From the NCBI GenBank assembly GCA_026770705.1, contig JANJGN010000140.1, forward strand, positions 434,001 to 498,000: 64,000 bases of DNA. The letters run 5' to 3'. A program made the translations under genes and the position numbers. Positions within the stretch are counted from its first letter, which is position 1. Each line of letters starts with the position of its first letter. This stretch comes from Isurus oxyrinchus. Lineage: Eukaryota. The notes beneath the pieces were generated by a model that was given only the letters and a program-made list of their open reading frames with translations, did not search any database and was not told where the DNA came from. This document shows positions 1-12,367 of the stretch, one piece after another.

Positions 1-37
1 TTCCTTGACTGCCAGCGATTTCCACCCCCCAGAAAAC

Positions 38-335
38 TATTTCTCCATATTGACTGAACAGCTTTCATATTAACCTAATTGATCATTAATCACCTTTCAC
101 ATTCTGCTGAGCTCTGCGCACAATTAACTTGATCGGGAAAATTTTTAGGGTGGAATCATTTTGTGATTATGTATGAAAACATTTCAAAGAGAGTATACTG
201 ATTCTACAGAATTGTTCATTTCCACAAGAGATTTTGAATTCTTTAAATCCCTGATAACGTTTGCATTGATTTAAAAACGAGTTTGACATTGCAGTTTGGC
301 AATGTGTCTATCCGGTTATTACATTCTTTCTGTGC
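38..335 (+). repeat. ~300-bp paralogous copy of IgM J-C intron segment 39128-39428
   Basis: TATTTCTCCATATTGAC..GAACAGCTTTCATATTAACCTAATTGATCATTAATCACCTTTCACA...CTATCCGGTTATT.CATTCTTTCTGTGC is colinear with 39128-39428 (roughly 85% identity by eye); similarity stops at both ends. Confidence 0.9.
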
Positions 336-377
336 TAATGTCGGAAGCAGCAACGAAAATCGACATTTTCACAACAT

Positions 378-412
378 CTGCAATAGTAGGGTCCGTCCAG
401 TAGATGGCAGTG
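378..412 (+). promoter_or_regulatory. Candidate CTCF binding site (core plus upstream motif)
   Basis: CCAGTAGATGGCAGTG (397-412) fits the CTCF core CCASYAGRKGGCRSYR with no mismatch; CTGCAATA at 378 resembles the CTCF upstream motif at about the expected spacing. Confidence 0.6.
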
Positions 413-439
413 AAACAGTGAATACTGACATATGAAACA

Positions 440-2060
440 AGCACTGTCTCAATCATTTCTGCACTGAACCCTTTCCCTGTTCATATTAAACTTGACATTT
501 GACTGTATATATTACACTCAGTGATGTCTCTGATCATATTACAACAGGTTGTGTCTCAGTTGTTTCTATAATAGGTCAATCTCAGTCAATATACATGACA
601 AAGACCATGTTACACTATACATTCTCTCAGTTATCACTGCACTAAACCATATCTTGGCTAATATGACAGTAGTCCATGTCTCAGTTGTTACTGCACTGGT
701 ACTTGTCTCTACTTAAATGAAACCAGAACATGTTCCTGTTTACATGACACGAGGCTCTGTCTCAGTTATTGCACTACTAGACTTTGCCATGTTTATACTA
801 AACTAGGGGATGTCTTGGCGAACGCTGCACCGGTCTATGTCTCTGTTTATATCACACGATGCCCTGTCATTGTTATTATTGTATAATACCGTGCCTCTTT
901 CTTATTGCTGCACTTGCCCACATCTCTGTTTATATTAATCCAGGTCCTATGTTGGTAGTTATTGCACTAGGCGCTGCCTCAGTTTATATTAGACAAGGTC
1001 CTATATCAGATGAAACTGCAACAGACCCCGTGTCAATTTCCTTTCACTAGATCCTGCCTCAGTTATTACTGAACTAGACCATGTCGGTGTTCATATTACA
1101 CAAGACACTGTCTCAATTATTACTGCACTCGGCACTGTCTCACATTTTACTCCACTACATCATGCCTCTGTTTATATTACACTAGATCACCTTTTTGCTC
1201 ATATTCTGTTAGACCCTATCTCAGTTTATATAACACTCGACCCTGTCTCAGTTTATATTACATTAGACCCCGTCTCAGATAATATTATACTGGAGCCCGT
1301 CTCGGTTTATATTACACCAGAGCACATCTGTGTTTACATTACAATAGACCCTCTCTCAGTTTATATTACACTAGACCCTGTCTCAGTTAATATTACACTA
1401 GACATTTCCTCTGTTTATATTAAAATAGGCCCTGTCAATGTTATTTCTGTGTAGGACATGTCTCTGTTTATACTACACAAGGCCAAGTCTGTTATCACTG
1501 CACTAGATGCCGGCTAAATAATTGCTGATACTAGGCCCAGCCTTCGTTTGTATTACCGTGGATGCTGTATCAATAATTGGTGCACTCAGCCCTGTCTCAG
1601 CATTACTGCACCAGACCCTGACTTTGTTTATATTGAAATAGAGTATGTCCATGATAATATTACACCAGTTCCTGCCTCAGTTATTTCAGTGCTCGGCCTC
1701 GCCTCAGCTGCTTCTGAATTCGCCCGTGGCTCTGGTTGTATTGCATGCGGAAAAGTCTCAGTTATTACTTCTCTGGGCCCAGCATCTGTATATACAACGC
1801 TAAACCCTGTCTTAGTAGCTGCTGCATTAATCCAGACATCTCTTTTTATTACACTTTCCCTGTCCTTGTTTTTATTCCGCTAGATCATGTTTTTGTTTAT
1901 CTTATACTATAGGCAATCTGAGTTATTATAGCACCAGACCCTGTCTAGGGTGTTATTAATCCATGTGCCGAATCAATCATTACTGTTCTAGCCCCGAGAG
2001 AGGATTAATATCAATTGACCCAGTGTTAGTGCGCTAACCCTGCCTCGGTTATTTCTACGC
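440..2060 (-). repeat. Degenerate 27-bp satellite array, opposite orientation to the main array
   Basis: Tandem GACCCTGTCTCAGTTTATATTACACTA-like units, cleanest at ~1160-1430. Confidence 0.85.
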
Positions 2061-2542
2061 TTGGCCATGTCTCTGTGATTCCTGCAACTGTGAGTTGGAA
2101 AGATAATATTATACACAAAGATGTTGAGGTGGGAATTGTTCCCTGGCGTTGGCCTCAAACGGGCGGTATTGGATGGCCCGTTCTTTGCAGCACCTGATAG
2201 TTATTTTCATTTAGTTTTAGTCAAAGAAATGATGGATCAGATATGGTCAGTTATGTGTGCCGTATAGAAAAAAATCATACTTCTTGCTTATACCGCCGTT
2301 TCTCAAAGATAAATGATGATCTTTGCCCGAATGTTTCAATATTTAATTTTCTTTTACTCAAACTGTCACTGCGGATTATTTAGTGCTGTAAATATTTATT
2401 GAAAGCATGTTTCGTTGTTTACTTTTGCTTAGAAAGTGATGTCATACTAACACTTCCATCACTAAGACGAGCATGTTTATCACCAAACTCATTGAATGTC
2501 CTTTGTTTCTCTGTCTGAGGCAGCTTCTAACTCACTGAACCT

Positions 2543-2660
2543 CTTCTCTCTCTCGCTCTCGCTCAACCTTTCTTTCTCTCTCTCTCACGCTCTCTCTCCA
2601 CCCACCAACTAACTCCCGCCCCCCACACCCCCGCTCTCTCTCTCTCTCTCTCTCTCTCTG
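2543..2660. repeat. (CT)n microsatellite / pyrimidine tract
   Basis: ctctctctct runs. Confidence 0.9.
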
Positions 2661-3279
2661 AGACAGTCCCTTATTCATTTTGAATCTCCTGATATCTAAT
2701 AACACTCTTTGGAGAATTTTTTTTTCACAATTTCTCTTCCTTTCTCCCAGTGACAACTTTCAGTCGACTCCTGTCTTCAGTGATTGTGTTTAAATCCAAA
2801 ACTATGCATTTAGTTAAATTGTAGATTGTTTAATACTGTAAGTATTTAGTGATAACCAGTCTGCTGTGTGCATTTGTTTATAAAGTGATCTCAGACTAAC
2901 AATTTCGTTTCTGAGGTGCTTTATCTGTCTCCGCTGATCAGTTGGAAAACGGAGTAAATCACATCCAGAAGAACCAGCAGTTTATTAACAAATGATCACC
3001 TCAATATCTCTCAGAAGCTCCTGATAATCTCGAATGTGTGATGATTTGTGCAAGTGATGGCAAAAATCAAACTTTACCTACACCTGACATGAGACTAATA
3101 CACCTGTAATTCTCCAGTTTATTTTTCCTGTTGATGGGAAGGAATGAAACTCCTGCTGCTCTCCAGAGACTCTCAGAATTTCTGTTTCCACTTTTTTAAC
3201 TGCTTTCTTCACAAATTCCACCACAACCACTCGAATCATGTTTGGACAGATTAGTTTAACTGCAGGTTGCATATTCAAT

Positions 3280-3830
3280 GTAATCTTAACGAAAATAAAC
3301 CAGGGCCTAGTCGAGTATATAAAGAGACCGAACTTGATGTAACATAAGCAGAGATATGGGTTACTGCATTAATAACAGAGGCAGTATCTGGTTTAACATA
3401 AAAGGAGATATCGACTAATGAATTAATAACAGAGACAAGACCTGGTGTTATATAACCAAGGATATGGGCTCGTGCAGTAATATCAGACACCGGACCTGGT
3501 GTAACATAAGCAGAGATATGGACTACTGCATTAATAACAGAGACAGTATCTGGTTTAATATAAAAGGAGATATCGGCTAATGAAGTAATAAAAGAGACAA
3601 AGCCTGGTGTTGTATAACCAGGGATATGGGCCCGTGCAGTAATATCAGAGATAGGACCTGGTGTAATATAAACATAGGTATCGGCTAGTGTAAGTAATAA
3701 CAGGCACAATACCTAGTGTAGTACAGGCAGAGGCATGTGCTAGTGCGGTGATAACACAAATTGACCCAAGGAGTCAAAGAAACAGAGAAATTGGCTAGTT
3801 CAGGAATAAGAGAGAGGGAGGACTTGGTAT
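3280..3830 (+). repeat. 27-bp satellite block with 162-bp (6x27) higher-order unit
   Basis: GTAACATAAGCAGAGATATGG recurs at 3339 and 3501; units match the main satellite family. Confidence 0.8.
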
Positions 3831-4715
3831 AACACCGAATGAACCGATATTTGTGTGATCATAATAACAAAAATACTTTGTATAAAATAACAACTGAAAG
3901 AGGTCATGGCGAAACACTAGCAGAAATAGGGTCAACGTTAACAATATCAGAATCAGGTTACTATTGAAAACTGATTTCAGAAATAATGAGAGAGGTTTGC
4001 ATTAGAATTGAATGACATGTAGGCTCTTCGGGCAACCATTACAAAGACAGCGTTTTATAGAATGAGATTGGAAATAGAGAACAGATTAAAAGCGGTAAAG
4101 CTGTGTAATTAGTGCAATGTTTGATGATAACAGAGGATAGCAGTGAATCACTAATACATCACTGGATCCAGTGTGATAATGATACAGTCAGCACCTGATC
4201 CACTCAAATCGAAGTTGGGCCTGATATAATAGTTTGTATGAGACAGTGCCAGTTGATACAATAGCAAATCTTTTGCCTAATGCCTAATAACAGAGTCAAG
4301 CACGACTGAAATATGAATGGGATGGAGTTGGTGCAATAACACTGACACAGTCTAGTGTAATAGCAAATGCAACATAACATTCTGGAATCACTCTGCAGGT
4401 CAGACAGAATCTGTGGCGATAAACAGATTGAACGTTTCATGGCGATGACCCTTCAGCAGAACCGGAGTCATCGATTAGAAACTTTAACTCCACTTCTCTC
4501 CACAGCCACTGCACACCCGAGTGGTACAGTTGGCGGTCCTCCTGCTTTTGAGCTGTAAGATCTGTGTTCAGATTCCACGCCCAGCTCCGTTGACCACGGG
4601 AAAAGTGTTGGTGTGACAGAACGCCGGTTTGCAATCAGCCTCCAAAATCCTCCCGCCTCTCCACCCTTTCCCCAAGGCTGCAAAGTATATGACGATCTGG
4701 AAAACAAACAGGCTC

Positions 4716-4790
4716 GACACCTGTTGTCTGACCTGTTGAGGATTTCCAGCACATTCGGTTTTTATATTAGATTTCTAGCATCTGCCATAT
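4716..4790 (+). mobile_element. Short terminal fragment of Penelope-like element
   Basis: TGACCTGTTGAGGATTTCCAGCAC...AGATTTCTAGCATCTGC matches the 3' end of the element at ~12290-12360. Confidence 0.6.
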
Positions 4791-5929
4791 GTCGCCGTTG
4801 TACTAATGCAATGGGAACTGACATTATGTCAGAATTGACGAATTAGCATCACTTTTACCCATGGGTCAAACTGTTGTGTGTTGAAGCCTCAATCCAGAGA
4901 GTTGACCACTTAATAACGGCCAGTGCTCACAGTGATAGTTTATATGTCAGCCTTTCAGTTCTTTTATCCATTATTTCCTTACACTCAGGAGGAGGAATTA
5001 AAGATAGAGAAACTCTGGACAGTTCCTCTATCCAGCAAAGGACGGGTTCCTGGGACATTGTTGCTGCTTTGACCTTCGCGCCCTCTCCAAAAAAAAAAGA
5101 CAAACAACCTCTGACTCCTTGCATTTGCAAAGGGAATTCTGACTGCCGGGTCCGGGCCAGGACTGAGTCCTGGTCCAGTAATAATCGCAGAGGCCGGCTC
5201 CAGTGTGTCAGTAACAAAGGCTGCTGGTAATCTACCATAAAGAGAGGCAGGGGATCTCATAAACATCTGACTGTATTAGGGTGTGAAAGTGTGAGGAAGC
5301 AATGATGTTTAGGGCCTTAGCACAGGCTTCTGTGTTATGGTGAGTGACCCAGGGATTTGTGCGGTAAAAACGGAGCGGAAACATCATGACAGAGGCCCGG
5401 GTGACTGACTCCACCTGACTAAGAGATGTTATACCCAAGGGGAGGACCATCAAGGCGGACTCCAGAGATTTCTGATATCTGAAGGATCAATGCTGCATCT
5501 GTCAGAGGAACAGAAAATAATCTGTTCCCTCTCATTCTTACCAACAGTTCTCCATTTAAACAGACACGCAAGGGCCAAACACGCCAACGTTTAAATCTTC
5601 AGCGTGAGGCACATGATGACTGAAAGGATTAAACACCAAAACCTCACCAGAGGAAGAATCAGAGCCTAAAATGTTAAAGATAATCGTGTTTTCTACTAAA
5701 CAAGCACTACTCAGTGTTATTATTTTGTTCAAAGAAGTGGTTTGTAAATACTAGTGAACTTCTGAATGATCCCTGGCAATTATCGACTCACACGCACTCA
5801 AGCGCTGTCAAAAGACAGGGTTAGCAGAAGACGAAAGCTGTAAAATTACTGCATTTTATTTGGGCTCAATGAGGGACCGAGGTAGATACAGGAAAGGTGC
5901 TGGGACAGTGATATAGATGAGCATTTCAA

Positions 5930-6210
5930 TTGGCCCCATTCCCTGTAATCCTTCAATTGTTAACGCCTTTAATTATTTATAGAATTCATTTTACAAAGTT
6001 ATTATTAGTCTGGTGCCATCACCCTTCCAAGCTGTGCATTCCAGTTCAGAACAACTCGCCGTGTTAAAAAAATAAACAATTATCCTCCTGTCTTCCTGTT
6101 CAACAAAGTAAATTTGCGTCCCCTGGTTACCGACCCTCCTACCAATTGAACTAGTCTCTCTTCATTCACACCAACAAACCTTTCATGATTTTGAACGCTT
6201 CTAATTAATC
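5930..6210 (-). mobile_element. CR1 LINE 3' fragment
   Basis: CTTTCATGATTTTGAAC and GCATTCCAG motifs match the CR1 copy at 8500-8700. Confidence 0.65.
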
Positions 6211-7489
6211 GACACACAGGGAGGTGGAGAAAGAGATAGAAATAAAACTAAGGGAAGGAAACTTAAAATGAAAAAGGGAGACGGAATGTTGCAGAGAAAC
6301 AGAGGAAACAAGTTTCGAGGGAAAGTGTATGTGTAGGGAGTGTGTGTGCGTGGCGGGTGGGGGAGAGGCGGGTTGGTGGGGTGTGGATGGGGGAGTTAGA
6401 GTGGGGGCGGGTGGTGGAGCATAACAACGACAAATGAAAGGTATCAAGATCTCATTTCCCCGCTTCAGGGACTCGAGGAAGCTCAGTGACTGACCATCCA
6501 GCGATGTCCTGGAAATGGAAGCTCGAAACGGATCACACGGTCTCATTTGTAAATGTCACCGCAATGTGATCTGTGTGAATCGGCCCTGACTCTGTGGCCA
6601 GAAATAGGCCGCCTTGACAGATGTTCTCACCAGATTGTGGCCCCTGGATTTATTTTCTGCTCAGAAGTGAGATGTGCGGTTTGGAACCGGCAGCAGAGAA
6701 ACAGGAAGTTGTGTTACCTGAGAATGAAACAGCAGGCGTCAGTTTCATGTTATCACCGTGGACAGTCTTCCTGCCTGTGAGGTTAAACTCACTCTGACAG
6801 CATCAAGAACAACCACACAGATTGCTGCCGATCTCAGCATAACATTCAACTCCATTCCAGATTTAAAGAATTAAATAAACGAAGTTATTTTGGTTATAAC
6901 ATATTAACTGAAGGCGAGATTGACTGAATGTTATCACTGGGAGAAAGGAGGGGAAATTAAAACTATAAAACCGCTCACAGGGGGTTATTCTAAAATGGAA
7001 AGTTTTAAGAGGGCTTGGTGCTGCCTGAGAGAAAGAGAGGAGAGAAGTTAAGTGAATGAGCTGGTGTCTTTATGGCACTGAATTTTCCACTGATGAGATT
7101 TTGGCGCTTAATTTTTTCAGTGATAATGTGCCTTAAGCAAAAGATTTAAACATTGGTGCCTCGAAGCTGCCAGATCCGGCCCTTGTGAGTCTGTGTAAGT
7201 GAGTGAAGTGAAGTCTGAGAGAGAGAAGAGAGGTTAACTGATTTAGGTATAGTCTGAGAGAGAGGAAGAGAGGGAAGAAGTTCAGTGAGTCATTTTAAAG
7301 ATGTATTTTCCTTGACAACGGAATAGCCAGCTTGACATTACTTTCCGGAGCACTCAAGACAATGCATTACCGATAAATATTAATGGCAGCATAGGCAGCC
7401 TATAGATATATTCTCAATAATCTATCGTAACGTGTTGAAAAATAATTATAATGTCTTTTGAAAGCAATGAAGCATGATATGTTCTAGAC

Positions 7490-7675
7490 GTACCCGCACC
7501 ACACATGTAGCTGCACACATTCATATACACAGGCAAACAGCCACACACACGCACAGGCACAAGCACACACTCAGCCACGCAGACACACAAACAGTAACAC
7601 ACACACACACACACATACGCAGACACACACAGACACACACTTATGCACACACACACACATACCTTTCACACACAG
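7490..7675. repeat. (CA)n-rich microsatellite
   Basis: cacacaca runs. Confidence 0.9.
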
Positions 7676-8293
7676 GAACATTGGTTATTAGGAGCCTGCG
7701 GCTGCCCATTCGCCTGAGGATGCAGCTTCAGACCCTGTCTGTCACAATCAGTGACCACGCCAAAAGCAAACAGAAATTCCTGTTGAAAGAGGGAAAAATA
7801 TCTGGAAATTAAAGAAACCTGTGAGCAATTGTCATTGATAAACTCAAGTATGAATCAGTCATCTCCAACACAATGCAGTTTGTGACTAAGTTGTGCAGTG
7901 TGCAGTGCAATGTGGTTCACCTTTATTTCTATTCCTCAATCTCATTGATGAAGGGAATGTTACAAGATTCACCCCAAACTTTCAACACAAACATTACACA
8001 CATCACACTAGAGCAATTAGAAATTGCACACAATGCCTAATAGTTATTAACAAGACTAAATGTATTCTTCCAACACATTATTACCTACAGGATATTATAA
8101 CATTTAAAAAATTAATACCCACCTGTCCACCTGGCTCTCTCTCCAGCTCTATCCAGTTAGTAGAGACCTTTTATCGTGCAGTAATAACTGAGACTTGGTC
8201 TCGTGTATTAATAAATGGGATTGGAGCTTTATAATATAAGGTGAGACATAGAAGAGTATAGTGATGAATGAAGCAGCCTAAAACAGTAATATC

Positions 8294-9440
8294 ACAGAAT
8301 CATAGAATCACAGAACTTTAATGGTACAGAAGGAGGCTATTCGGCCCAACTTGTCTGCATCGGCTCTCCAAATGGGCATTCTGACCTAGTGCCATTGCCC
8401 TGGCTTTTCCCCCCACCCTTGCACTTTGTTTCTATTCAAATAATCATTTAATTGCCTCTTGAATGCCTCAGTTGAACCTGCCTTCCTCACACTACCAGGC
8501 AGTGTATTCCAGGCCGAACCACTCGCTGTGTGAAAAAGTAAGTTCTCACGTCACATTTGATTCTTTTGCAAATCACTTTAAACCTGTGCCCTCTTGTTCT
8601 TTATCCTTCTACGAATGGGAACAGTTTCTTCCATTCTTCTCTATCCAGCCCACTCATGATTTTGAAAACTTCAATCAAATCTCCTCTCAGCCTTCTCCTC
8701 TCCAAAGAACACAATCCCAACTTCTCCAGTCTCCCCTCATAACTGAAGTTTCTCATCCCTGGGAACATTCAATTAAACCTCTTCAGCAGTCTCTCCAATA
8801 TATTTCCATCCTTCCTATAATATGGTACAAAGGGCGGTACACAGTATTCCAGCTGAGGTCTAACGAGGGCCTTATATAAATTGAGCATAACCTCCCTGCT
8901 CGTGTACTCTATGCCCCTATTAATAGAGCGCAGGATACTATATGCTTTAATAACTGCTCTCTCCACCTGTCCTGCCACTTTCAATGGTCTATGCATATCT
9001 ACACCCAAGTCTTTCTGCTCCTGCACTCCTTTCAAAACTCCACCCCTTATTTATTTTGCCTGTCCATGTTCCTCTTACCAAAATGCATCACCTCACACTT
9101 CTCCACGTTGAATTTCATCTGCCACCTATCTGCCCACTCCATCAACTTGTCTGTGCCCTCTTGAAATTCCACACCATTCCTCTGGCAGTTTGCAACACTC
9201 CCAAGCTTTGTATCATCTGCAAACTTTCAAATTGTCCCCTGCATACCAAGGCCTAGATGGTTAATATATATCAGGAAAAGTAAGGGTCCCAATACCGACC
9301 CCTGGGGAACTGCACTACAAACCTTCCTCCAGCCCGAAAAACATTCATTGACCATTACTCCCTGGTTCCTTTTTTTCAGCTTATTTTGTATCCACATTTC
9401 TTCTGTCCCTTTTATTCCATGAGCTATAACTTTTCCCATA
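8294..9440 (-). mobile_element. CR1 LINE, 5'-truncated (RT C-terminus plus 3' tail)
   Basis: ORF fragments VPQGSVLGPLLFLIYIN (9227-9439) and LYKALVRPQLEYCV (8769-9035); short-repeat tail CAGAATCATAGAATCACAGAA at ~8294. Confidence 0.9.
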
Positions 9441-9724
9441 ATTTGGTTGTCAGATAAATCCTAATAAAATACAAACGGAGACTTTGTGCAATGCAACAAC
9501 AGCTCAGGAATTGTCACTTGCAGTATATATAGAGGCACAGTTATGTGCATTAATAAACGAAGCATCATATAATGTAATAGAGATAGAGACATAGTCTAGT
9601 GCAGTAATAACTGAGAAAAGTCAATTGTAGTGTATATCGAGGCATGGTCCAGTGCATTAATAAGTTAAACTGCAGATAGCATTATATACACAGATACAAT
9701 GCTGAAAGAAAGATAAAATGAGAA

Positions 9725-10393
9725 ATGGTAAGTAATTGGGAAAACTAATAGAATGTTATAAGTTATTGTGAGGGGAATTGAATACAAACATATGGAAGTT
9801 ATGTTTCAGTTATACCGGGCACCAGTGAGATCATGTTTCATGTACTGTGCACTGTATTGGTCACCTTATTTAAGGACGGATGTAAATGTGTTGCAAGAGG
9901 TTCAGAGAAGGTTAATTAGATTAACATTTGGAATGGGTGGGTTGCCGACTGAGGAATGGTTGGACAGACTAGGCTTATATCTTCTGGAGTTTAGAAGAGT
10001 AAGAGGTGACTTGACTGAAATATATAAGATCCTGAGGGGTCTTGACAGGGTGGATGTGGAGAGGGTGTTTCCTCTTGTGGGAGAATCTGGAACTAGGGGT
10101 CACTGTTTAAAAATAAGGTGTCGGCCATGTAAAACAGAGATGAGGCGAATATTTTTACTCTCAGGGTTGTGAGTCTTTGGGACTCTCTCCCTAAAAAGGC
10201 AGTGGAAGCAGAGCCTTGAGGCAGAGGTGGATAGATTCTTGCTAAGCAAGGGGGTGAGAAGTTATCGGGTGTCAGCAGGATGCAGATTTCATGTTACTAT
10301 CAGATCAGCCATAATATTGTTAAATGGTGGAGCAAGCTCAAGGGGCTGAATGGCCTACTCATGCTCCTTGTTCATATGCTCTTGTGTTCGTAT
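9725..10393 (+). mobile_element. CR1 LINE 3' fragment
   Basis: ORF 9768-10172 with LEFRRVRGDLTEIYKILRGLDRVD, typical CR1 ORF2 C-terminus. Confidence 0.9.
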
Positions 10394-11062
10394 GGTCTGG
10401 TACAGTCATCAGTGAGAGAAGTTCAGCAGGTCAAGGGCAGTGATAACTGAAGCATGGTTCAGTGTAAAACAACAAAACACAATTTGCAGTGAAATATAAA
10501 TTAAAACATGGTTGTACTACAGTGCGAACTGGATAAGGGTTAATTGGAGTGTGCACAGAAGCACGGCCTAATGTAGTAATAACTGGCGCATGATATGCAT
10601 GATATAAACAGCAGCAGCGTCAGGTGCAGTGATAACTGGGAAAGGACCAATTGCAACACAAGTAGAGATATGGACGGCTGCAATAATAAACAAGATAAGG
10701 CACATTGTATTATTAACAGTGACGTTCACCTGTACAACAATAACCTAAGCAAAGTGTAATCTAACGTTTACAGTTACAAATGCGGACGTAAAATAAATTG
10801 AACAGGGGATGTATAGGAATTATTAAAACAGGGCCTCAGTTGACATAAGCTGAGGCAGGGTCTAGTGCAGTGATTCCTGATACAGGGCCTGGATTATTAT
10901 AGGCTGAGACAGGGCCTAGTGCAGTGATTACTGATACAGGGTTTGGATTGATATAAACTGAGACAGGGTCTAGTGTAGTAATTACTTATACAGGGCCGAG
11001 GTTAATGCCAACGGCGGTAGTGTTATGTGTAGTAATTACTAATACAGGGTCTAGGTTGATAT

Positions 11063-12367
11063 AAAAACAGAAAATGCTGGAAAAACACCATTCCATTCTC
11101 TTAATTCGTTCACCTCCTTCACATCTGTTCCGATGATGCCACTATCCAAAATGATGCTTCTTACATGCCTTCCTTCTTCCTTAACCAAGGTTTCCCACCC
11201 ACTGTGGTTGACAGGGCCATCAACTGTGTCCGATCCATCTCCCGCATCTCAGCTTTCACACATTCCCCTCTCTCCCAGAATCATGACAACATCCTCCTTT
11301 TACTCACATTTCATCCCACCACCCCAGCATTCAAAGGATCATCCTCCGCCTTTTCCACTAACCCCAACATGATACCACCACCAAACATACCTTCCCCTCA
11401 CCACTCCACCCCCTCCCCTGTCAGCATTCCACAGGGACTGTTCCCTCCGATACACCCTGGTCCACTCCTCCATCATCCGCAACACCTCATCCCTTCCCAT
11501 GGCACCTTCCCAAGCAATCAGAGAAGATGCAACATCTGCCCCTTTACCTCCTCCATCCTCACCATCCAAGGGCCTAAACACTCAGGTGAAGCACTGCTTC
11601 ATTGCACCTCCTTCAATTTGGTCGACTGCATTCGATGCTCCCAATGCAGTGTCCTCTAGATTGGGGACACCAAACACAGACTGGCAGGCCGCTTTGTGGA
11701 ACACCTTCAGTCTATCTACAAGCATGACCTAGACCTTCCTGTCGCTTGCAATTTCAACATGCCATCCTGCTCTGATACCCACATGTCCCTCTTTGACCTG
11801 CTGCATTGACCCAGTGAAGCCCAACGCAAACTGGAGGAACAGAAACTCATCTTCCATTTATGAACGATACAGCTTTATTCATTTATTCATTGTTTTACCC
11901 TTTTTTATCCCCTTTTACGTTCCTTTTTATACCATTTTTCCCTAATCACCCCTACCACACCCCCAAAAGGGCCAACAGTTACTTGTCCCAAGTTGTTCTT
12001 TCACAGTGTGTTGATTCTGGCTCTGCTGTTAACACATTCTGCTTTCTAACCGTTATGACTCTATTAGCACCTACTTTAGCATTACTACTGCCATTAACAC
12101 TCCCTTTTTCTGTTTGCCTATGATATGTTTGACAGTGTCACCTTGCTCCTACCTATTGCTTGTCTTCTATCCAGCTTGACCTGCTCCACCCCGCTTAAAC
12201 AACAAATGTCATCACATTTTGACTTCTCTTTAGCTCTGAGGAACGTCATGTGATCTCAGAAAGTTAGCTCTGCTTCTCTTACCACAGGTGCTGTCAGACC
12301 TGCTGTCATGTCCCAGCATTTTATGCTATTCTTTCAGATTTCCAGCATCCGCACTATTTTGCTTTTA
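11063..12367 (+). mobile_element. Penelope-like retroelement remnant (RT C-terminus/GIY-YIG region plus terminal repeat)
   Basis: RRCNICPF...CTSFNLVDCIRCSQC (ORF 11165-11659) is the CCHH/GIY-YIG region typical of PLEs; 5' end carries a short inverted copy of its own 3' terminus. Confidence 0.85.

Noticed and set aside
2140-4925. Faint tRNA-like words at ~2140-2190, ~4575-4605 and ~4880-4925
   Set aside because: Matches too short and gapped to call by eye; cmsearch would be needed.
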